From the NCBI GenBank assembly GCA_964592225.1, contig CAZQCO010000002.1, forward strand, positions 18,401 to 82,400: DNA of 64,000 nucleotides. Reading direction: 5' to 3'. The translations under genes were made by a program, and so were the position numbers. The DNA is from an uncultured Bacteroidales bacterium (GTDB lineage Bacteria > Bacteroidota > Bacteroidia > Bacteroidales > UBA10428). Below are positions 31,594 through 42,319 of this stretch, piece by piece (positions within the stretch are counted from its first letter, which is position 1; each line of letters starts with the position of its first letter). The notes beneath the pieces were generated by a model, which saw only the letters and a program-made list of their open reading frames with translations, searched no databases and had not been told where the DNA came from.

Positions 31594-32739
31594 CTACTGT
31601 ACAATTAGTTTTTCAGTGAATCCAAGTTCATTGGATGTAATAACCATATTGTATATTCCAACATCTAATCCGGTAATATCCAGGCTGTATGTTTGATCTT
31701 CGATCACAAATTCTGTAACTTTCAATCCGGCAGCATTAATTATACTTACCCGTGACTTATTAAAGCGATCGTCGCGAATAACCAGATTTACATAGCCTGT
31801 AGCAGGATTGGGATAGACTTCCATACCAGTCGATTCAACAAATGAAAAAAAGGCTGAAGGTGCAAAAGGAATCAATACAGCATCGAGTACATGTACAACA
31901 CCATTATCAGCTTCAATATCGGCAATAATCACTTCGGCATCGTTGATAAATATGCCGTCCATATTTATAGTCACCGCGATATCTTTTCCAAGCAAGGTTG
32001 TAGCTGTCATCCCATCCGATAGATCACCTGACATTACTGAGCCACTAAGAACATGATATAGTAGAATGTCAGCCAGGTCACCTGTCGGGTCAGCCAGCAG
32101 AGCATCGAGTACATCTGCAGGAAGAGCAGCAAAAGCAGCATCGGTTGGTGCAAATACGGTAAAGGGACCTTCACCCGACAGATCGTCAGCCAGTTCTGCA
32201 GCTATTACTGCAGCCTCAAGAGTATTATGATCTGGGCTGTTTACTATAATATCCACCACAGTTATAACCGGTGGTATCAGAACAGCATCGATAACATGTA
32301 CAACACCGTTATCAGCTATGATATCGGCAACAATCACTCCGGCACCGTTGATAAATATGCCGTCCATATTTATAGTCACCGCGATATCTTTTCCAAGCAA
32401 GGTTGTAGCTGTCATCCCATCCGATAGATCACCTGACATTACTGAGCCACTAAGAACATGATATAGTAGAATGTCAGCCAGGTCACCTGTCGGGTCAGCC
32501 AGCAGAGCATCGAGTACATCTGCAGGAAGAGCAGCAAAAGCAGCATCGGTTGGTGCAAATACGGTAAAGGGACCTTCACCCGACAGATCGTCAGCCAGTT
32601 CTGCAGCTATTACTGCAGCCTCAAGAGTATTATGATCTGGGCTGTTTACGATAATTTCGACCACAGTTTCACCCTTCACTATCAATGTTGACATAGACAG
32701 AAAAAGAGAAGTAAAAATAAAAAGTCCTAATTTCTTCAT
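31594..32739 (-). CDS. Two-fasciclin (FAS1) domain protein with T9SS type A C-terminal domain
   Basis: Two GPFTVFAPTDAAF and NGVVHV(I/L)DAVL repeats; C-terminal VYPNPA...GIYNMVI...KLIVQ. Confidence 0.9.
   Translation of the reverse strand: MKKLGLFIFTSLFLSMSTLIVKGETVVEIIVNSPDHNTLEAAVIAAELADDLSGEGPFTVFAPTDAAFAALPADVLDALLADPTGDLADILLYHVLSGSVMSGDLSDGMTATTLLGKDIAVTINMDGIFINGAGVIVADIIADNGVVHVIDAVLIPPVITVVDIIVNSPDHNTLEAAVIAAELADDLSGEGPFTVFAPTDAAFAALPADVLDALLADPTGDLADILLYHVLSGSVMSGDLSDGMTATTLLGKDIAVTINMDGIFINDAEVIIADIEADNGVVHVLDAVLIPFAPSAFFSFVESTGMEVYPNPATGYVNLVIRDDRFNKSRVSIINAAGLKVTEFVIEDQTYSLDITGLDVGIYNMVITSNELGFTEKLIVQ
31941..32649. repeat. 304-bp identical direct repeat (31941-32244 = 32346-32649), period 405 nt
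   Basis: Base-by-base comparison found no mismatch. Confidence 0.92.
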
Positions 32740-32789
32740 GATTTTATAATTTAATTAAACATGAAACTGAAACGCAGACATTACTATTT

Positions 32790-32819
32790 TGTTTAATATT
32801 TATATTTAATTATTAAACA
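32790..32819. promoter_or_regulatory. 30-bp palindromic operator, copy 1
   Basis: TGTTTAATA-N12-TATTAAACA, 50 nt upstream of the fasciclin ATG. Confidence 0.65.
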
Positions 32820-32919
32820 TTTATTATCATATATAAAATAATTCAAAATATTATTATCTTGTTATATAGACATTTAAGGAAATATTATATAAATAGTATA
32901 AAAATAATAAATTGAACAA

Positions 32920-32949
32920 TGTTTAATATTAATTATAATTTATTAAACA
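32920..32949. promoter_or_regulatory. 30-bp palindromic operator, copy 2
   Basis: TGTTTAATA-N12-TATTAAACA, 130 nt from copy 1. Confidence 0.65.
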
Positions 32950-33365
32950 TTTAATGATCCTTAAAGAGTTTCTTTCTTTCTCTTAAAATCAATTTTATGA
33001 TATTACTCTGGTGATTATTTTAAAAAATCTAATAAAAGAAATATCTGATTAAGTACTATTCCCTTTCGTTTAACGACTGTATTGATCTTGAAGTTTTTTG
33101 CAGAATGACAATAATATTAATATGTCTATAACCTGAAATTGGATGAAAAAATTATTTTTTAAATTTTTTAATAGATAATAACCAAATATTGGTAATGAAA
33201 GTCAATGCTTTGGTCGATTTCCTTTAATTATTATACGAGGACTGATTAATTTTAGCCTGATTTGGACACTAATGAAATTAAAAATAAGCATGAGCTGATT
33301 TTATTCAGTATAATAAACAATAGTTATCTTCACGGGTTTATTTAATAGTCCACAATTATTTTTAT

Positions 33366-35828
33366 ATGATCTCTTTACAGCAAAAAATTATCTTACTGTC
33401 TTATATCATTTTACCCGTATTCCTGCAGGGACAGTCAGCTCCTCTATTGAATGAAGGAACAATTACAGGAAAGGTTATCGATAAACAGGCAAATTTACCC
33501 CTGGAATATGCAACCATTAGTCTTTTTACATCAGATTCGGTGCTTGTTGATGGTACTATCACCTCATCCGATGGGACCTTCTTCCTGAAGGTAAGTCCTG
33601 GAAATTATTTCGCTGAAGTACAATTTATTTCCTATGAAAAACTGGTTATAAATAATGTTTCTATAACCGCACAGAACAGAAATATTGATTTAGGTACAAT
33701 AGCACTTGAACTGGAGTCCACATCACTCAATGAGGTCACTGTTATTGGTGAGCGAAGTGAAATGGTTATTAATCTCGATAAAAAAATATTCAATGTCGGG
33801 AAGGATCTCAGCAATACAGGAAAAACTGCCCTTGATATACTAGACAATATACCTTCTGTAGCTGTCGATATGGAGGGTAATATTACACTCAGAGGCAGTG
33901 AAAATATCCAGATCCTGATTGACGGAAAACCTTCAGGCATGGTAAATTCCAGCAATACCAATGCGCTGCAAAGTTTACAGGGTTCGATGATTGAAAGAGT
34001 GGAAATAATTACCAATCCCAGCGCCCGTTACGAGGCCGAAGGTATGGCGGGTATCATTAATATCGTATTACGAAAGGACGCTAATAAAGGAGTAAATGGC
34101 ACATTCGAAGTCACTGCCGGTTATCCGCAGCAGTATTCTTTAGGCGTCAATGTCAATTTTCGAAAGGAAAAGATCAATTATTTTCTGAATTATAACATCC
34201 GGTATAATGAGCGGCCGGGAATGGGAAAATCGTACCAGGAATTTACACTGTCCGACACAAGTTACATCACCCGTTTGGAAAGGGAACGCTTACGAACCGG
34301 CCTCTCAAACCGTATCCGTGGAGGCGCCGATTATTACATTAATTCAAAAAATACAATTACTACCTCCTTTTTGTTTGGTATTGATGATCAGTTGAATACT
34401 ACCCGGCTCTCGTACAATGATTTTACATTTTCCAACCCACCTGTTCCTATTGCCAGTTCCTATAGAATTGACAAAGAAGAAGAAGATGAAAAAGACATTG
34501 AGATTTCAATGAACTATGAAAAGAAATTTGAAAAGGAAGATCACAAGCTTACATTTTTGACCCAATTCATGGAAAACAGTGAAACGGAAAAATCCTCGAT
34601 TGAAGAAGAAATTATTCCCTCCAATGAGGATGTAGGGAGTACAATTATTCAGCGATCCTATAATAATGAGAGTGAAAAGAATTTTTTATTGCAGGCCGAT
34701 TATATTTATCCATTTGGGAACGATGGCAAATTTGAAGCCGGTTACCGGAGCGAATTCAGGAATATCGCAAATCCTTATTATGTTGAAGAGCAAGACGACA
34801 ATAACAATTGGATGAGACTTGAAGAATTTTCAAATAATTTCAAGTATATCGAAAACATTCATGCGCTCTACCTTCAGGGCGGAAATAATTTCGGCAAAAT
34901 AGGGCTTCAGTTTGGATTAAGAACCGAACTCTCCGATGTGCGAACCTTCCTTCATGAAACGAACGAAAAAAACGAAAGACTATACCTTGACTTTTTCCCT
35001 ACGTTCCATAGTTCATTTCAATTCAGTAAGGTTCATTCGATGCAGTTAAGTTATAGCCGGAGAATTCAGCGCCCACGTTTCTGGTTTCTGAATCCTTTTC
35101 ACAGTTATAGTGATTCCCGAAATATCCGTAGCGGAAATCCCAACCTTAATCCTGAATACACACATTCTCTCGAAGCCGGATACCTGGCAAATCTGACTGT
35201 ATTTAATTTTTATTCGGGAGTTTACTACAGATATTCAACCGATGTCATGGAGCGTGTAAATTTTGTTGACGATTCTACAGGTATTACATTAACGATGCCG
35301 CTTAACCTGTCAGAGAGACAATCCTTCGGTTTCGAGAGTAATATTACATTACGTGTACAGAAATGGTGGACTCTCTCGGCCAATTTCGACTTCTTCCGTT
35401 CCATTACAGATGGACATTTCGAAGAAGAGAACCTTCACAGCGACGATTATTCATGGAACACACGTTTAAATTCACGGATACGTCTGCCAAAAAACTTCGA
35501 TATCCAGACCATATTCTTTTATCGCGCCCCCCAGGAAACAACTCAGGGTCTTAGAAAAGCCTTCTATATGTTAAACCTGGGCATAAGCAAAGATTTGTTA
35601 AAAGGAAACGGCACCTTAACCTTCAATATACATGATGTACTGAACAGTCGCAAATTCAGGTTTATTATCGATCAACCCGATCTGTATTCTGAAAATGAGT
35701 TTCGCTGGTCGAAACCTAATTATACTCTAACTTTCATCTATCGTCTCAATCAGAACAATCGAATGACAAGGAATGGTCGTAATAATGGAAGTAACAACGA
35801 TTTTGGAGGCGATGAGATGGTATTCTAG
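33366..35828 (+). CDS. TonB-dependent receptor (outer-membrane beta-barrel family)
   Basis: Carboxypeptidase-regulatory-like N-terminus, plug motif IERVEIITNPSARYEAEGMAGIINIVL, beta-barrel. Confidence 0.88.
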   Translation: MISLQQKIILLSYIILPVFLQGQSAPLLNEGTITGKVIDKQANLPLEYATISLFTSDSVLVDGTITSSDGTFFLKVSPGNYFAEVQFISYEKLVINNVSITAQNRNIDLGTIALELESTSLNEVTVIGERSEMVINLDKKIFNVGKDLSNTGKTALDILDNIPSVAVDMEGNITLRGSENIQILIDGKPSGMVNSSNTNALQSLQGSMIERVEIITNPSARYEAEGMAGIINIVLRKDANKGVNGTFEVTAGYPQQYSLGVNVNFRKEKINYFLNYNIRYNERPGMGKSYQEFTLSDTSYITRLERERLRTGLSNRIRGGADYYINSKNTITTSFLFGIDDQLNTTRLSYNDFTFSNPPVPIASSYRIDKEEEDEKDIEISMNYEKKFEKEDHKLTFLTQFMENSETEKSSIEEEIIPSNEDVGSTIIQRSYNNESEKNFLLQADYIYPFGNDGKFEAGYRSEFRNIANPYYVEEQDDNNNWMRLEEFSNNFKYIENIHALYLQGGNNFGKIGLQFGLRTELSDVRTFLHETNEKNERLYLDFFPTFHSSFQFSKVHSMQLSYSRRIQRPRFWFLNPFHSYSDSRNIRSGNPNLNPEYTHSLEAGYLANLTVFNFYSGVYYRYSTDVMERVNFVDDSTGITLTMPLNLSERQSFGFESNITLRVQKWWTLSANFDFFRSITDGHFEEENLHSDDYSWNTRLNSRIRLPKNFDIQTIFFYRAPQETTQGLRKAFYMLNLGISKDLLKGNGTLTFNIHDVLNSRKFRFIIDQPDLYSENEFRWSKPNYTLTFIYRLNQNNRMTRNGRNNGSNNDFGGDEMVF

Positions 35829-36021
35829 AATTCTCAATTCAACCAGTACTCTTTTATAAAAACAATAAAACCCAGGTGAAGTTGGATAACCTAAAACACC
35901 GATAGATGTTATGAAGTTAAAAAATATACATTCCCACTCTACCGGGGCATTAATTATTTTCTGAAGAAAAGTGAATTAAGAACAGTCTCAACTTATAAAA
36001 CTCAGGACAAACAGTAAACAA

Positions 36022-36663
36022 TTATTTTTTTGATGGTTTAAGCGTCCCACTTGTTGTAGAGGTTGTTCTGGGTTTTTTTACCGGTTTGCTGCTTGCTGGT
36101 TTTACTACCTTAAGATCAGCGTTGATTCTCTTGGCTTCTTCCTTCAATTCTTCAAGCTTTTCCAGGGCGACAACAAAATCATTCTCGTTAAGCATAGTTT
36201 TAATTTCTTCAAGGGCAGCATCAACCGCATAGGCATCTTTCCTTAAAACCAGTTGCTGAGAACTAATGCTTCCCGTTTTTGGGATCATGTTTTTGCTGTC
36301 ATTATTAATAGTCCCGATTTCTGCCATTAACTCACTCGCCTCGCCTGATAATTCAGCTTTTTTCTCATCATTTTTTTCTTCCAGTTCTGTTGCATCTTCC
36401 ACAACACCTGCAAGTTTGTCTTTAGCCTCTCCAAAACTTTTAAACATTTTCGAACCTTGCTTTTCTACCAGTTCTAAAACTTCATCTAATTTTTCCTGTA
36501 AATCCTTAAAATCATCCGCTAATATTTTGTCTGCTCCGTGGGCAACAAGAGAGTCGAGAGCAGCTTTGGCTGTATCAACTTCTGCCTGCGGCATTTTTCC
36601 ACAACCAGTAATCAAGGCAAAAACAAGTATTGCCAAACCTAAAAAGTTCCTGTTTTTTTTCAT
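36022..36663 (-). CDS. Helical lipoprotein, DUF4398-like
   Basis: Lipobox LITGC, MPQAEVDTAKAAL start, coiled-coil body, basic low-complexity tail. Confidence 0.6.
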   Translation of the reverse strand: MKKNRNFLGLAILVFALITGCGKMPQAEVDTAKAALDSLVAHGADKILADDFKDLQEKLDEVLELVEKQGSKMFKSFGEAKDKLAGVVEDATELEEKNDEKKAELSGEASELMAEIGTINNDSKNMIPKTGSISSQQLVLRKDAYAVDAALEEIKTMLNENDFVVALEKLEELKEEAKRINADLKVVKPASSKPVKKPRTTSTTSGTLKPSKK

Positions 36664-36893
36664 AATTAGATAGTTTGATTTTTAATTACGAACTATTGAA
36701 GTTTATACTCTATTACAATTCGTTAATTGAAAGATATTATACAAAATCTGATAATTTCCTGATTTTTTTATCCGTTAATGTTCTATACTGAAAGATACAA
36801 CAATTATTATTACTGTAAATATTTTATTTTCCATAATGCTTATTCAATAATTGATGGAGTAAATTCCAATTTCAAAAGACTTCAACTATTTTA

Positions 36894-37910
36894 TTGAAGA
36901 ATTTTTTTACGGAATGTTACTTTAACGTAAATTTCAGTCATAATAAGAAAAAGTTCATGACCGTACATATCCTTCTGATAATTTTAGGATTTGTTTTGCT
37001 AATTAAGGGCGCCGACTGGCTGGTAACAGGTTCTGTTTCGCTGGCGAAACAGTATAATATATCGGAATTGGCCATTGGTTTAACCGTTGTTGCTTTTGGA
37101 ACTTCAGCTCCGGAACTCCTGGTAAACGTTCTTTCATCGATAAAAGGATATAATGATGTTGCAGTGGGTAATGTTGTAGGCAGTAATATCTTTAATCTGC
37201 TACTGATCCTAGGTATTTCCGGTATGATCTATCCTCTTACAGTACAAACCAAAACTGTCTGGAAAGAAATACCCATATCATTGCTGGCAACTGCCTTACT
37301 CATTTTATTAGCGAATAACTGGTTAACTCCTAGTTCTGCTGCTCTGTTCAGTAGAATGGACGGACTGATCTTCATTGGTATATTTCTGCTCTTCCTTCTC
37401 TATATGGCTTTCTCAATGAAAACAGAAAAAACCGATACAGATTCGGAATATCAAACATATAAGATTTCATGGACCATACTCTATATTGCAATTGGTTTGA
37501 TTACACTTATTGTGGGTAGTAAATTAGTTGTAGATAAAGCCGTAAAAATAGCTCAGCTACTTCATGTTAGTGAAAAATTTATCGGGCTCACTATAATTTC
37601 AGCCGGAACTTCACTTCCTGAACTTTTTACTTCCGTTGTGGCTGCCATCCGCAGAAGAAGTGATATAGCTGTAGGAAACGTAATAGGTTCCAATATTTTT
37701 AATATTTTCCTTATCCTTGGAGTCAGTGCTATAATAAAACCCATCAAATACAATTTACAGTTTAATCTCGATATCCTGGTTCTGATTGGCGCAACAATCT
37801 TACTTTTTATTGCCATGTTTAGCGGTAAGAAGTACAAACTGGATAGATGGGAGGCAGCCCTTTTTACAGCAGGTTACCTGGTTTATATCATCTATTTAAT
37901 AAGACATTAA
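36894..37910 (+). CDS. Calcium/sodium antiporter, YrbG family (likely start ATG 36957)
   Basis: Two alpha repeats GTSAPE and GTSLPE with GNVVGSNIFN / GNVIGSNIFN. Confidence 0.9.
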   Translation: MKNFFTECYFNVNFSHNKKKFMTVHILLIILGFVLLIKGADWLVTGSVSLAKQYNISELAIGLTVVAFGTSAPELLVNVLSSIKGYNDVAVGNVVGSNIFNLLLILGISGMIYPLTVQTKTVWKEIPISLLATALLILLANNWLTPSSAALFSRMDGLIFIGIFLLFLLYMAFSMKTEKTDTDSEYQTYKISWTILYIAIGLITLIVGSKLVVDKAVKIAQLLHVSEKFIGLTIISAGTSLPELFTSVVAAIRRRSDIAVGNVIGSNIFNIFLILGVSAIIKPIKYNLQFNLDILVLIGATILLFIAMFSGKKYKLDRWEAALFTAGYLVYIIYLIRH

Positions 37911-37935
37911 TGAATATCCAACTACTGATATCCAA

Positions 37936-39963
37936 ATGATAAGTTCTATCTATACTGGCATATTGAATCTCCCTCTGAAGGAACCTGTATTTGTTTTCGC
38001 TGTCCTTATACTTTCAATTCTTCTGGCCCCTATTGTTTTTAAAATTATCAGAATTCCCGATATAGCTTCCTATCTGCTGGCAGGCATCATTATTGGCCCC
38101 TATGGTTTTCACCTCTTAGAGCGCGATACCAGCATTGTGTTACTTGGAACTGTCGGATTACTATACCTTATGTTTGTTGCCGGATTAGAACTAAACCTCA
38201 GGGATTTTAATAAAAGCCGGAATACAAGTATACTTTTTGGATTATTGACTTTTATTTTCCCCTTTTTAATAGGCTATATTATTTGCCATTTTATTCTGCA
38301 ATTAAATATTGTGGCAACTATACTCGTATCTATTATGTTTTCAACACACACTCTCGTGGCCTATCCAATTGCAAGGAAACTGGGAATTACAAAAGATGGT
38401 TCAGTAATGGCGGCTGTCGGAGGTACTATTATTACTGATACTCTTGTATTGCTTGTATTGTCAATAATTACCGGAATTTCTGTTAAAAATAATATACCCT
38501 GGGAAATAATCAGGCTAGTGGGATTATTTACAATTTATCTGCTGGTAATATTTTTCAGTTTTCCACGCCTGGCTACATGGTTTTTCAGCAATGTAAAAAG
38601 AGACAGACCCGTTCACTTTATTTTTCTTCTTGGATTGGTTTTTATTTCAGCAAGTATCGCAAAATTAGTTGGAGTAGAACCTATTATCGGAGCATTTGTT
38701 GCCGGACTTGCCTTAAATAAAGTTATCCCAAAAAACTCCATGCTCCTGCAGCATGTCGATTTTGTCGGGAATATTCTTTTTATACCTCTCTTTCTGATTA
38801 GTATTGGCATGCTCATCGATCTTCGTATTCTTTTTCAGGGAATTCACCTGTGGTATGTAGCAGCTTTATTGGTTATTTCAGCCCTTCTTGGTAAATGGTT
38901 AGCCGCTTTTACTACGCAGAAAATCTCAGGTTATTCTAAGGCACAGCGTAATGTACTTTTTGGTCTGACCTGCTCCCACGCTGCAGCCACAATAGCCGTT
39001 ATTCTTATCGGGTATGAACAGAACCTCATCGATAATGTCATTTTTAATGCTGTTATAGTTATCATTCTGGTAACAAGTCTGACTGCCTCACTGGTTACGG
39101 AATGGGGAGGAAAAAAACTTGCAAAAGAAAGAATCACATTTCAGAGCCTGGAACGAAAACTAACACGGAGAATCCTCGTCTCTATAGCAAATCCGTCAAC
39201 TATGAGTGAATTGGTTAGCCTCGCCATCCAAATGAATACCCACAATACTGAAGAACCGGTTTATGCCGTAAGTGTAGTGAAAGATGATACGGAAGCAAGA
39301 AGTAATTTGGAATATATAAGAGAATGTCTGGAAATGAATCTCGCTCCCTATAATGTGCTATCAGAAAAAATAAAAATTATTACCCGTATCGATCTGAATA
39401 TAACTAATGGCATTCTGCGGGCAGCAAAAGAACTTTCTGCCACAGATATTGTAATTGGATGGGCCGAAAAAACCAATCGCGTACAAAAAATTATGGGCAA
39501 CATTTTCGATCATCTGCTAAAAAGCACCATCACACTATATGCCTGCTATATAAACGATACGGTTCAGAATTTTGGGCAAATCAATATTTTTGCTCCAAGA
39601 AATACTGAAATTGAACCTTCATTTTCAGGATGCATGAATAATATTACAGGATTACCAGCAAAAAAAAATATACCCATTTCCATCTATTCCGACTCCGAAT
39701 TATCTGTTCAGAGTATTACCAAATCTTTTCAGGAAAAGAAATATAAAAATCTGAATCATAACATACTTCATGATGTCTCTGAGATGAAAGCTATTTTATC
39801 ATCACAGCATTCAAATACCCTGACTATCTTTTTTGTAGGTAGAAAACATCATATCTCCTACGACCCAACATATGAGAAAAAAGTCAAAAATATTCCATTC
39901 CAGTTTCGTGATGGAAATTTTATTTTAATAGTCCCCGGATTGGAAGAAATCGTTAAAACTTAA
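37936..39963 (+). CDS. Cation:proton antiporter (CPA2) with USP-like C-terminal domain
   Basis: 12-13 TM segments, GLLYLMFVAGLE, IIGAFVAGLAL, RILVSIANP. Confidence 0.85.
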   Translation: MISSIYTGILNLPLKEPVFVFAVLILSILLAPIVFKIIRIPDIASYLLAGIIIGPYGFHLLERDTSIVLLGTVGLLYLMFVAGLELNLRDFNKSRNTSILFGLLTFIFPFLIGYIICHFILQLNIVATILVSIMFSTHTLVAYPIARKLGITKDGSVMAAVGGTIITDTLVLLVLSIITGISVKNNIPWEIIRLVGLFTIYLLVIFFSFPRLATWFFSNVKRDRPVHFIFLLGLVFISASIAKLVGVEPIIGAFVAGLALNKVIPKNSMLLQHVDFVGNILFIPLFLISIGMLIDLRILFQGIHLWYVAALLVISALLGKWLAAFTTQKISGYSKAQRNVLFGLTCSHAAATIAVILIGYEQNLIDNVIFNAVIVIILVTSLTASLVTEWGGKKLAKERITFQSLERKLTRRILVSIANPSTMSELVSLAIQMNTHNTEEPVYAVSVVKDDTEARSNLEYIRECLEMNLAPYNVLSEKIKIITRIDLNITNGILRAAKELSATDIVIGWAEKTNRVQKIMGNIFDHLLKSTITLYACYINDTVQNFGQINIFAPRNTEIEPSFSGCMNNITGLPAKKNIPISIYSDSELSVQSITKSFQEKKYKNLNHNILHDVSEMKAILSSQHSNTLTIFFVGRKHHISYDPTYEKKVKNIPFQFRDGNFILIVPGLEEIVKT

Positions 39964-40094
39964 TTTGCTCCCGTTAAAAAATCAAGTAAATATTTCAGGA
40001 GGATCATTAAGATAATCAGTCCTATTGCCATTAAAAAGACCGGCCAAGTCCCATTGCTGCATGGTGTTGTTGACTTAATATGTGCTGCTTTCAT
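39960..40094 (-). CDS. Putative 44-aa single-TM small protein (absent from the ORF track)
   Basis: MKAAHIKSTTPCSNGTWPVFLMAIGLIILMILLKYLLDFLTGAN; stop overlaps the convergent antiporter stop (TTAA). Confidence 0.35.
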   Translation of the reverse strand: MKAAHIKSTTPCSNGTWPVFLMAIGLIILMILLKYLLDFLTGAN

Positions 40095-40225
40095 ACCATT
40101 ATTGGGTTTTTAAATTGAAATATCCAGCAATTTTATAGGAATTAATAGGTACAGGTTTCCCTTTACTCAATAACTGACATCGACAGAATCATTAAATTAT
40201 GCAGGTAAATTTTCCAACTGAAGCA

Positions 40226-40645
40226 TTACTTATCTTGTAACTGTTTTACTATGTCTTCCAATACATGTGTCCAATAATGCTTCATTTCATCCCTTTGTTT
40301 TGCATCAAGCAATTTTTCCTGATGAATACTAAGTGTTGTTTTTCCTGCATTGGGAATGGTCCTGATCTGAAGAATGGAATCATGGGCCCAGTCTTTTCGT
40401 CGCCAGGACAACCGTATGTGTGAGAATATTTTAAAAACCCTGATCATTCCCTGTGTGCCTTCCTCCGTAAGATATTCGATACCTGTTTCCCATTTATCAA
40501 ACGCCCATGTTCCCAGCCAGACAGACATGCCTTTTTTTGATAAAAGAAATTTCCATACATCTTCCACCGGAAGATTGACAGTACGACTAACGCCAACCTG
40601 GTAACCGTAATCTTTTGTAAATCCGATGAAATCACCTTTCGACAT
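40226..40645 (-). CDS. SRPBCC/AHSA1-like domain protein
   Basis: VSRTVNLPVEDVWKFL..W, IRLSW, TTLSIHQE, final helix with W. Confidence 0.75.
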   Translation of the reverse strand: MSKGDFIGFTKDYGYQVGVSRTVNLPVEDVWKFLLSKKGMSVWLGTWAFDKWETGIEYLTEEGTQGMIRVFKIFSHIRLSWRRKDWAHDSILQIRTIPNAGKTTLSIHQEKLLDAKQRDEMKHYWTHVLEDIVKQLQDK

Positions 40646-40728
40646 ATTACAAATATACTCTTTAGTTGATGTTAATCAGAGTATCAGAAAATAATTATGG
40701 AACTCACAGTTTATGCTTAAAGGTTTTA

Positions 40729-42264
40729 CTATTTCATCCGGATTGGAATAGTAAAGCAGAACCTGCTGCCTTCATCGGGATTGCTTTCTGCCCATATTCT
40801 GCCACCATTCAACTCAACAAAATTCTTGCACAGGATCAACCCTAATCCGCTTCCTTTCTCGGAGCTTGATCCTATTGATGTAGTATCGACTTCGATTTTA
40901 AATAATTTTCCTATATCCTCCCGGGAAAGACCGATTCCTGTATCAATCACTTTTAAAATTATGGAATCATCATGTTTTTCAGATTCTATTGTGATTTTAC
41001 CGCTTTCGGTAAATTTTATCGCATTCCCTAATAGATTCCGGAGTACTGTACCTATCATATTTTTATCGGCAAATACCATCAGGTCCTGACCTGAGTAATT
41101 AACTGATATAGATTTTTGACGGGCGGCTTCACAGTATAACTCTATATTTTCAGTAATATTATCTTTCATATTAAAATATTCGGGAGTAACTTTTACCCGA
41201 CCGGTTTGTAATTTTGACCACTCAAGAAGGTTCTGCAACAGATTATAAGTCCGCCTTGCAGAGAATTCGATTGCAAAGATATTCTCTTCGATTAAAGAAA
41301 AATCTTTTTTACTAAAAGCTTCGTTTAATAGTTCGAATAGGTTGAGCAACGATACAAAGGGACTTCTCAGATCATGAGCAATTATTGAGAAAAACATATC
41401 TTTCGACCAGTTGATTCGTTTCAATTCCTCGGAATATTGCAATATTTCTTTTTCCGATCTCCTTCGGGCGCGGTTTTCAAGTAGCAATTGTGTGAATACG
41501 TATAGAATAATGAGTAACCCGATACTAAAACCTACTATTAGTGTAACGATCATAGATCGGATGTCCCTCTCAATTTTAGATTTAAAGGATTTCTGGATTA
41601 ATTCCAGTTTGGTTGAATGACCCTCTGCCAGATTTCGAATCACTTTTAAGAGAGGATATACCTTGCTAACAACTAACTGAGTGGCTGCCTTTTTATCATT
41701 ATGCTTATAAAAGACTAAAATCTCATCCATCAATTGAGTCTCTTGATTTATAAGCATCTCAAGCGAATCACCTTGTGCTTTCGACATAAAAAGCCGGTAG
41801 TCTGTTTTTCTAAAATTCTCTAAACTAACTCGTAGTTCTTCTTTGAAATAAAAATAATCAACAAGATAATCATCTTTGGAAGTCAACATAAAATAGCTAT
41901 GTGATGTAATTAACGCACGCAGGTTTATCCTTAACTCATCAAGAGATGTAAATACTTCAGCAACTTCAATAATCTTTCTATCTTCCTTGAAAATATCATG
42001 AGTATACCAGGTAACTGATATACTTGTTACCACAAAAATTATTATGGATATAATAAACAGGGAAAAAACCTTTTTTCTGCTCATTGCGCTAAAAATCTGC
42101 CTGAAATTACAAATTACTTTACAGATTAAATAAGCCACGGCATAATATTGAATATTCAACCAATAATTTTTATACAGAATGCTTTGTCTTCCGATATACT
42201 TCTTAGTCGCAAGAATCAAATATCCTAGAACTTCATTATGTGTAAAGTGATTTTGAGTGTGCAT
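40729..42264 (-). CDS. Sensor histidine kinase with CHASE3-like sensor (likely start ATG 42084)
   Basis: Two TM segments, FFSIIAHDLRSPF H-box, DTGIG and [11 protein letters not shown]-boxes; no adjacent regulator. Confidence 0.85.
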   Translation of the reverse strand: MHTQNHFTHNEVLGYLILATKKYIGRQSILYKNYWLNIQYYAVAYLICKVICNFRQIFSAMSRKKVFSLFIISIIIFVVTSISVTWYTHDIFKEDRKIIEVAEVFTSLDELRINLRALITSHSYFMLTSKDDYLVDYFYFKEELRVSLENFRKTDYRLFMSKAQGDSLEMLINQETQLMDEILVFYKHNDKKAATQLVVSKVYPLLKVIRNLAEGHSTKLELIQKSFKSKIERDIRSMIVTLIVGFSIGLLIILYVFTQLLLENRARRRSEKEILQYSEELKRINWSKDMFFSIIAHDLRSPFVSLLNLFELLNEAFSKKDFSLIEENIFAIEFSARRTYNLLQNLLEWSKLQTGRVKVTPEYFNMKDNITENIELYCEAARQKSISVNYSGQDLMVFADKNMIGTVLRNLLGNAIKFTESGKITIESEKHDDSIILKVIDTGIGLSREDIGKLFKIEVDTTSIGSSSEKGSGLGLILCKNFVELNGGRIWAESNPDEGSRFCFTIPIRMK

Positions 42265-42269
42265 CCAAA

Positions 42270-42317
42270 AAAAACAGAGTGACGCTCATTCATCGATTCC
42301 GCTCTCACTCTGTTTTT
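42270..42317 (-). terminator. Terminator after the displaced tRNA 3' half
   Basis: AAAAACAGAGTGA...TCACTCTGTTTTT 13-bp perfect stem, T run on the minus strand. Confidence 0.7.
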
Positions 42318-42319
42318 AA

